A stretch of DNA of 57,197 nucleotides from Girardia tigrina (Eukaryota). Numbering within the stretch: position 1 is the stretch's first letter; the number at the start of each line of letters is the position of its first letter. The DNA lies in the NCBI GenBank assembly GCA_001938485.1, contig MQRK01193085.1, forward strand, positions 6,241-63,437. The letters run 5' to 3'. The translations under genes and the position numbers were made by a program. Positions 50,017 to 57,197 of this stretch are shown piece after piece. The notes beneath the pieces are model-generated. The model was not told where the DNA came from, made no database searches, and saw only the letters and a program-made list of their open reading frames with translations.

Positions 50017-50750
50017 TAGGGATTCCAAATCCCGGCATTTTCCTGATCCCGGGATTTCGGAACCAATCCCGACCCTAATCCCGGGAATAATGATCCCGGC
50101 ATTACATAATATTTTAAATTTAATTTTTAATCTAGTTCAAATTTTAATTATTTTAATAAATATTTATTATTTTTTAATTAAAAGTTTGATATTTTATTTG
50201 AAATCTAAAACAAGAAACATTGACACAACAAAAAGTCATAAAATAATTATTTATTTAAGACATTATACAATATAATCACTGATAATTTTGGAAATAATGT
50301 CGTAACAAGGTCAACTTACATAGAGCTTTATCAAAGAGTCAGGATCTTAGTTTTTTCAAAAACACTCCAATCGCTGAAAATGCTCTCTCCATCTCGACAC
50401 TTGTTGGAGGTACGCTCACAAAAGCTTTGTACAAAATTTCTCCCTCTTTGACCGACGACGCGAAATAAATCGAGTTCTCTTCCAATTTTGCATTCTAATA
50501 ATGCTATTTTTCCTCTTCCTTCCTTTTCATTTGACCCGCTGTCATATTTCTGCAAGGCTTCCTTCAAACGTTCGTTAATATCACTTGACTTCTTTTCTTC
50601 AGTTAAAAGATCCTTTCCATTTTCACAATCATTGACGACATTCAATTTGTTAGCAAGGCTGATGAGTACATACTTCACGGCATTCATTTCGGTAGCTGTA
50701 TCTTCGTGCTCATCACAACTAAGTTATCTTGCGATAGAATCTAAAATCTA
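50017..50750 (-). mobile_element. hAT transposon 3' end
   Basis: TAGGGATTCCAAATCCCGG terminus with ATCCCG subterminal repeats. Dimerisation domain VPPTSVEMERAFSAIG...KLRS.L...LLRHYF across a frameshift. Confidence 0.85.
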
Positions 50751-50751
50751 A

Positions 50752-51316
50752 AATAATATATATAAAATTAAAATCGTAAATTAAAAGAAAATAATAAAAA
50801 AAAATCAATAACAAAAACAATAAAAGTTCATACAATACATAAGAATTACAATAAACAGATAACAAAAAGTGTCAAAATATATGTAAAATGATGTAAAAAG
50901 TACAAATACCAGTGGAAAAGTGAATAATTACAGATCAATAATCGACAAAATTGGAATAACATGAGAAAATAATCAGATAAAAATCCAACAAAATTATCAT
51001 AAATTCTAGAATAATTTTGCGAACAAAATAAAGTAAAACGTGAGAAAATCTGTTAAGAATTGGCAAAGAAATAACAAAATTAGAATAAAAATAATAAAAA
51101 ATAAATTGATAAACAACAAATAATATTTAAATTATGAAGAAATAGACAAATAAATAAGTCAAAAAAATTACCAAAAAATCTGTTAAATATTCACGAACAT
51201 TAATATGTAAGTTTGAACAAATTGAGATAAAACAAAAAGAATCACGGTTTGAACAAAAAATTATTGAAACCACAAAACTCTGAATATTCAAACAAAATAT
51301 TTCATTAATAATTATA
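50752..51316 (-). mobile_element. Probable 3' LTR of the Gypsy element
   Basis: Follows a purine-rich tract (AGGGTTCAGGTGGGGA, 51317-51332 minus) after the pol end; strongly strand-skewed; ends where the hAT remnant begins. Confidence 0.4.
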
Positions 51317-54140
51317 TCCCCACCTGAACCCTAATTCACATAATCGTTTAACTAATTAGGTCTCTTTCGAGTTCTGCTGGATCGTCGTATGCAAATGTCC
51401 TGATTAACTTGATCGACAGATTCTTCCTCATAACTACTACTACTGCTGCTATATCCATCTTGTATTTCGTTTTTTTCCGTCAACCGCCATATCCGGCAGT
51501 CTGATGTTCTCTTCTTGTCTTTTTCGTATATCCTGAACGTGTCTTGGTACTCCATTAACATTTGCTATCAACATATCCATCAACGTATGTTGCTATCCCA
51601 TATCTCTCGAGTAAATAAATGGTCTTTCCTACACCCATATGGTGCAAATTGTGATGCTCTCTGATGTCAGATATTGCAGATTTACACTCACTTACAGTCA
51701 TTGATAGATTTGGCTTTTCCATATCCAGCCAACTTCGTTTTACTCGAGTCATCAGATCTATAATATTCTGCTCTTAATTTATCCACACATATTTACATCG
51801 AAGATCAAATTCTCCAATTATATCTTCAATCATTTTCAAACGACGCTTGACCAACATTTCATTTATTCCACTGACTTTTATTTTTTTATTCCGATCAACA
51901 ACGGAGTTTAACCAACCACACACTACTTGAGAATCTGTCATTATGTCAAACTCTTTCACGTCCCATTTCTAGATCATATTTATTCCTTTGATCACCGACT
52001 CTAGTTCAGCTACATTTATATGACTCGAATCATCTTCTTTTCTAAGCTAACTACCGTCTTTTAACGTATTCCCATTACACTCAACAACACATCCGTTGTT
52101 ATCTTACTTGCATCGCACCACACTTTCCATTTAGTTGACGTTGATATTGGTATTTTCCATACGCCCTTCAAAAGATCGTCTTTATTTACTCTTTCTAATA
52201 AATCATTCATCAAAACTTCTGTTATATGTGATACCGGTTGATTCCGTTATACATTCGTTTTAAATAGCTAAACTATACCCTCAAACATCCACATACATGA
52301 TAGTGTCCAGTTAATTTACCATAGATATAATAAATTCGTTCCTTCGCCATTACTTGATCCTCCGCTATATTAATATTATTCGTTCTTTTCCACATCAATA
52401 CGTTTTGCTTCAAATACATCTGAAGCCCAAGAACTGTTGTCGTGCTAATTTTTTCTGGTTCTTTACATATCAGTCCATAATGTTCTAAATGGTTTCTCAC
52501 TTCCGAAACCGAAATTATATTTTCATCTACAATCAAGTCGTCCACATAATGAGATACCCCTTTTTTAAATACATTCTGAGTTTCTAAAATAAAGTCTAGT
52601 ATTCTATTCATGATCTTCGGAGCTGAAGCTAATCCAAAACCTAATCGAGTTAATTGATATGGACAATCATTAATAAACACTCGCTGATATTCCCAAAGAT
52701 CTTTTTCAACATGTATCTGTATGTACGCATTTTAGCGATCAATAATTTTACAATTTCTAGACATTTTTCTCCACTTACGGAGCGATTCACTAACTGCTAT
52801 TGTATCCATCGTGTGAGAATGAATAAACTTATTAACCTCCCTGAAATCCAAAACTGGTTTTACCTTCCCTTTTGCTTCTTGCTTCACACACACGAGAGGA
52901 ATAATTCCATTCTTGTTTCTCTCAACTGAGACCAGCCATCCGTTATTAATCTATCTTTCCAGTGTCTTAAAGTACTCATCCCTATCTTCTTCACTCACCT
53001 AATATTGAGCCACAGTATTCCGTAGTATTGGTTTTATGTCCTTCCATTTCCATCTCACCTTCCATCGACTACCATCAAACCTTGCTGTGACGTCAACATC
53101 ATCGATCCCTGTGCACTTTACCATATTTTTTCTACTCGCATAATCTATGACATGAAGATTTATCTTCTCATCTTGTATGTTTGAATTCCATGACACATTG
53201 CCATCTACATCAATTTGAACACCTTCCTAATTTCATTATCAAATCCATTCCGAAAATCAAATCAACACCAGTTACTAGTTTATTCATCACTAACATATCA
53301 CTATTTACTCTTCTTCTTCCTATGGTTACTTCAACACTAACTTGCATTTTATACTCTACTTTTATTCCGCCCACTCCAGTGACCCATTCTCCTTTTTCGT
53401 TTATCTCTCCACAACATACTTTTCTCTCGATCATACTCACCGTGCTGCAAGTATCTATCAGTGTCTGGACCTCTGTACCATTTATCCAAGCACTCACAAG
53501 TGGTAGCGTCTGAATTATAATAGGAGAGCCAGCAACGCCTACTGCTCTTCACTGTAGTTTAAATTATTGCAATTCCTTGCAAAATGGCCCGGTTGACCGC
53601 AATTATAGCATTTAGAAAAAGAGGTTTTATAAAGGCGTCTCTCATCCGCCATCTCGACACCGTCATTGGACTTTTGTGAGATTTCTTTGGGAGCGTTCTG
53701 CCACGAACGTTTCCCATCCTGTCCTGGTGGCTGTCGGACATCATCTCGAATCAATTTATTGTCCTTGCTATTCCTGATGGCCAAAACAATTTTTTCTCGT
53801 TTTTCCCTTAAAATACATCGGCCTTACTGGCAATATAATCTAAACTTATCTTTAAATATTCGATCAAAGTTTGTATTTTTCTTTCACATTCGACGGAAAA
53901 GAGCTGATAAAAAATAACCTTACTGTATTTTAGTCGGAAATGCGACACTTTGAAAATAAGAGCTTTATATCATTCAATAAACTCTGAACACTTTCATCGC
54001 TGTTCCATTCTTTTTGCTTCAATTCATCAAAAACTTCCACATCATTTTTTTGAAACATTTCTTTTAATGCCGATTCGATTTTATCGATATCGCATTTCCG
54101 CGATTTATCTAAATTAACCCAGACATCATATGCCTTACTG
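51317..54140 (-). mobile_element. Ty3/Gypsy-type LTR retrotransposon gag-pol, decayed
   Basis: gag AYDVW...L; zinc knuckle CYNCGQPGHFARNC; protease LIDTCST; RT KPVLDFREVN...LTRLGFGLASAP...YVDDL; RNase H WCDAS, AELESV, TDSQVV; integrase HH..HHMGV with the catalytic core deleted; terminal RRSSRTRKRP. Domain order PR-RT-RH-IN. Confidence 0.92.
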
Positions 54141-55230
54141 TTGTATCTCCGCAGAGGTTCTTTTGCTTTGGAGATCAGGGAACTCATCATCCATAACACC
54201 ATTACTGAGCGGACTCACACCAGCGCCAAATCCGGCCTTCCAATCGATCAGATCTTCCGAGGTACTCGAATTCGACTCTCGATGCCTCCTCAATTTCTCC
54301 CGCCTAGCCAAGTCGAGGACACAGTCGACCGAGGCGCAGTCGTCTTTCAATAATTCTTGCCAGTGTGACTCGATCTTTCTCCGTAGGTACAGGAATAATT
54401 CATTTGAGTGAACATCAAAATCAACGTGTAGCACTGAGTTATTTTGACCGAAAAAGTAATAAAACATGATTGCAATTCTCCGAAAGTTTCCATATATCAC
54501 TGTACACAGTGCTGGACCTTCACGCTCAACTGCAAATCGATTATCACGTTCTAGAACAAATTCACATAGGAGTTGTATTATATTCTTCAATTTGTTTATT
54601 GATTTTTTTATCTCAAATGAAAACTCGCAAGTTTTTTTACAATTATCCTCGAATTTTGAGACAGGATGAAATTTTGACAAACAGCATTTTGCCATATCGA
54701 ATGTTGTTCTTATTATTGAAAAACAATGTTGAATAAATTCGTCATTGATGGAATTTCTTTCCTTGATTAAATTCAAACTGAGATTTATCATAATGGGCTT
54801 NNNNNNNNNNNNNNNNNNATTAAAGATTTTATCGTCGATACAAAGCATAGCATATCTCCACAAATAATCTAAACCTATTAGATTTGTGTTAGTAACAAAA
54901 TATATTTCGGGATCTCTTTCTTGAAAATTTCCCTTTTTAACATTAATTGGTCGAAAAAATTGTTCAAATAACAATATTCCACTCAATGCCAGAAGCTTAG
55001 CCTCAAAATATTTTTCAAGAAAAAATCTTCTTTTTCAAATAGATTATTTTCGAATTCCATAAGACTTGAAAGCCATTTAAAAAACTGATTTCTTTTTTTA
55101 ATTTGAGTGTCATATGGAAATTTATCGTCCAAATATGTGAGATTGTTTTCATTTAAATCACATTCTGATTTTCGATAATTATCAACATAATTCATTTTTT
55201 TATTGAAAATTCAACAAATTAACGCAAAAT
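54141..55230 (-). pseudogene. USP9X/USP24 (fat facets)-family deubiquitinase N-terminal-region fragment
   Basis: FKWLSSLME...DFFLKNILRL / GILLFEQFFRPIN...LIGLDYLWR...DEFIQHCFSII...LCEFVLE...VHSNE....LRRKI parallels USP9X FKWYSKLM...DFFESNVLQL...GMKCFERFFKAVN...LIGLDYLWR...EDFIQSCFDRL...SHTND....VRRCI (recalled from memory). Frameshift near 55000; no introns seen. Confidence 0.8.
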
Positions 55231-55439
55231 AAATTTTTATTTTCAAAAACTTGTTATCGAAAATATTGGTATTAATGTTAATTGTGACAATTACAACATA
55301 CACACATAAACCACACACACACGTATCAATCACACACCATTCACATTCTCCCTTAAACATCTACCACACATAATCATTTTTTTTATTTTAAATGACGTAT
55401 TTACACAAAGAAAATTTCCGATAATTTGATTGGTTAAAA

Positions 55440-57087
55440 ATGTACTTATTCCATCTTTCAAAATATGTCGTTTATCGTCAAACCAGTCCAGGCTTTTCTT
55501 CCGTATCATTACTGTAGAGACTTGATATTCTCTTGATTGGATCCTTCGCATTTCAGAAATTATATTGATTTGTTCCCGCAGCACTCTCATTTAATCATGG
55601 AATCCGATTTGGTTTGCTAACGTTGCCCGTTGAACTCCCATTCGCCCTCTTTTTGATCTTACCATCCACATCAATGGCATACATCTTAGACCGTAGTGCC
55701 ATGAATCTAGAGATGATTTGACCATTGACTTCATCCTTAAACTTCCCAAGGACCTTCTTATTTGATGTTGAATAATTGGGATGGTCCTTTGGATAATCTG
55801 AGGTATCCGTATGTTGAGCCATTTGAAAAAAACTCCGCAAACAGATCTTCTATGTGAATCTGATAGATAAAGCTATAAGTATCCATATACATTAGATGTA
55901 AATCCCGAAATTTAGGGACCATAATGTCATAGCGGAAGTCGTACATCAAGGTCTTGGATAGATCCAGGATTGACATCCCCACATATATCGGCTTATTAAA
56001 CTCCAAAGATGTCTTCAACATGTGTATACTCACCAGGTTTTCGGTGTATATGATACTACTGTGGAAATTTGATTTGGCAATGAGCTTCTTTGCTCGTTTC
56101 CAATCAAATACCAGTTCGATGTTGATTCTGTTGCGAATATTCTCCATCGTTTTACCAAAAACGCTGTTATTGTACAGTTTGAACTGATCCTTTTCAAAGT
56201 CGTTTTTGGGATTGGTCCTCAGATTGGTATTGAAATCGATATATGGCTTAAGCCATTTTGACTGACTAAACTGAAGAGCCCGATGGATTTTTGTGATTAT
56301 GAGCTCATTTCTTATAGCTTGTTCGAGATTAATGTAGTGGACTACAAATTTTTGTTTATTTTCCAAGTGACAGACCAGCTTCTTATGTTTTCCATTAGGT
56401 GGATATTTTTTCTCAGACAAAAAAGGCAGCTGCTCATGTCTTGTATGTACGGATTCGGGATATTCAACATCCACTTCCAATATGTAACCAACATCTCCAT
56501 TAGGGTACAGTTTTTCTATTCGAATTTCTTCTGGTTGATCCACCCATTTGAAATTATCAAAAGGCAATGGAGCACTCATTGCCAATCCATACAGATTGTT
56601 GGCATCCAAGTATGTTATGTATGAGGATGCCTTGGATGGATCATAATTTTTCATGTATTTGTTGCTTGCCTCACCATACCGATGAAAAGACTGACAGATT
56701 CCACCTTGGATTCCTTTTTCCAGCATGAGGATCATGTCATAATCTTTCAGGATTTGGAGTCTTATGCCTGTATATTTTAGGATTGCTGCCCAACTCATAC
56801 CTGGTAATGTAAAGAAATGAGCTGGATCCAACTTGTGGCTCTTAAGTGTCACATCACGAAAGCTCTCAAAGACATCCGTAAGAAGCAGCACATCTGTTTT
56901 GAGGTATACATCACTATATTCCCCAAGCGTTTTGCATTTGAAAGCTTGCTAGACATCTTGTGCATGTTGATAATCAGCATCACTAATGTCGGTGTCGTTC
57001 AGCTTGTTGTAAAATGCCTCTTTTGCTGGCAATGTTGTTTCATCCAGCGATCTCCATGATATTATGTAGTCATAGGTATAGTGCCCT
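55440..57087 (-). mobile_element. Polinton/Maverick protein-primed family B DNA polymerase pseudogene
   Basis: YLKTDVLLLTDVFESFR, LDPAHFFTLPG, YLDANNLYG, KLYNNSVFGKTMEN, YMDTYS (DTDS degenerate), DTSDYPKDHP, GKFKDE, LRSKMY and DDKR. TAG near 56948, frameshifts near 55840 and 55600; N-terminus missing. Confidence 0.93.
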
Positions 57088-57197
57088 ACTTATTTTGCTG
57101 CTCTTTTGGTGACGTGTGTATGTGTGATGGAATAATGAATGAGTCTAATATTTTTAACTGTATGGTTACATGATTTTTATTTTTACGTTTGTGTGAC

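Overview
Very AT-rich eukaryotic, almost certainly animal, genomic DNA with assembly gaps and (AT)n/(TATC)n microsatellites. Animal origin is indicated by a histone 3' stem-loop, a Kv T1 domain, a USP9X/fat-facets fragment and TTAGGG repeats. I find no intact host gene. The window is a graveyard of nested, decayed mobile elements: RTE-type LINEs, at least six Penelope-like (GIY-YIG) remnants with hammerhead ribozymes, two Tigger/pogo elements, a full-length mariner, three hAT remnants, a Chapaev3-like remnant, small MITEs, a Ty3/Gypsy element and a Polinton/Maverick protein-primed PolB. Among them lie orphan host-gene fragments: a Shaw/Kv3-type T1 domain, a histone H2B pseudogene, and a USP9X fragment joined to Gypsy gag. 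The most unusual segment is a ~2.8-kb insert (22035-24835) that truncates a hAT transposase. It carries a dense array of RFX X-box palindromes, reiterated ATCGATA-containing units, a compact (~145 aa) and highly divergent TATA-binding-protein-like pseudogene, and a divergent AT-hook-like reading frame; it may be a transcription module of a virus-like element. All assignments come from reading motifs by eye; no searches were run.
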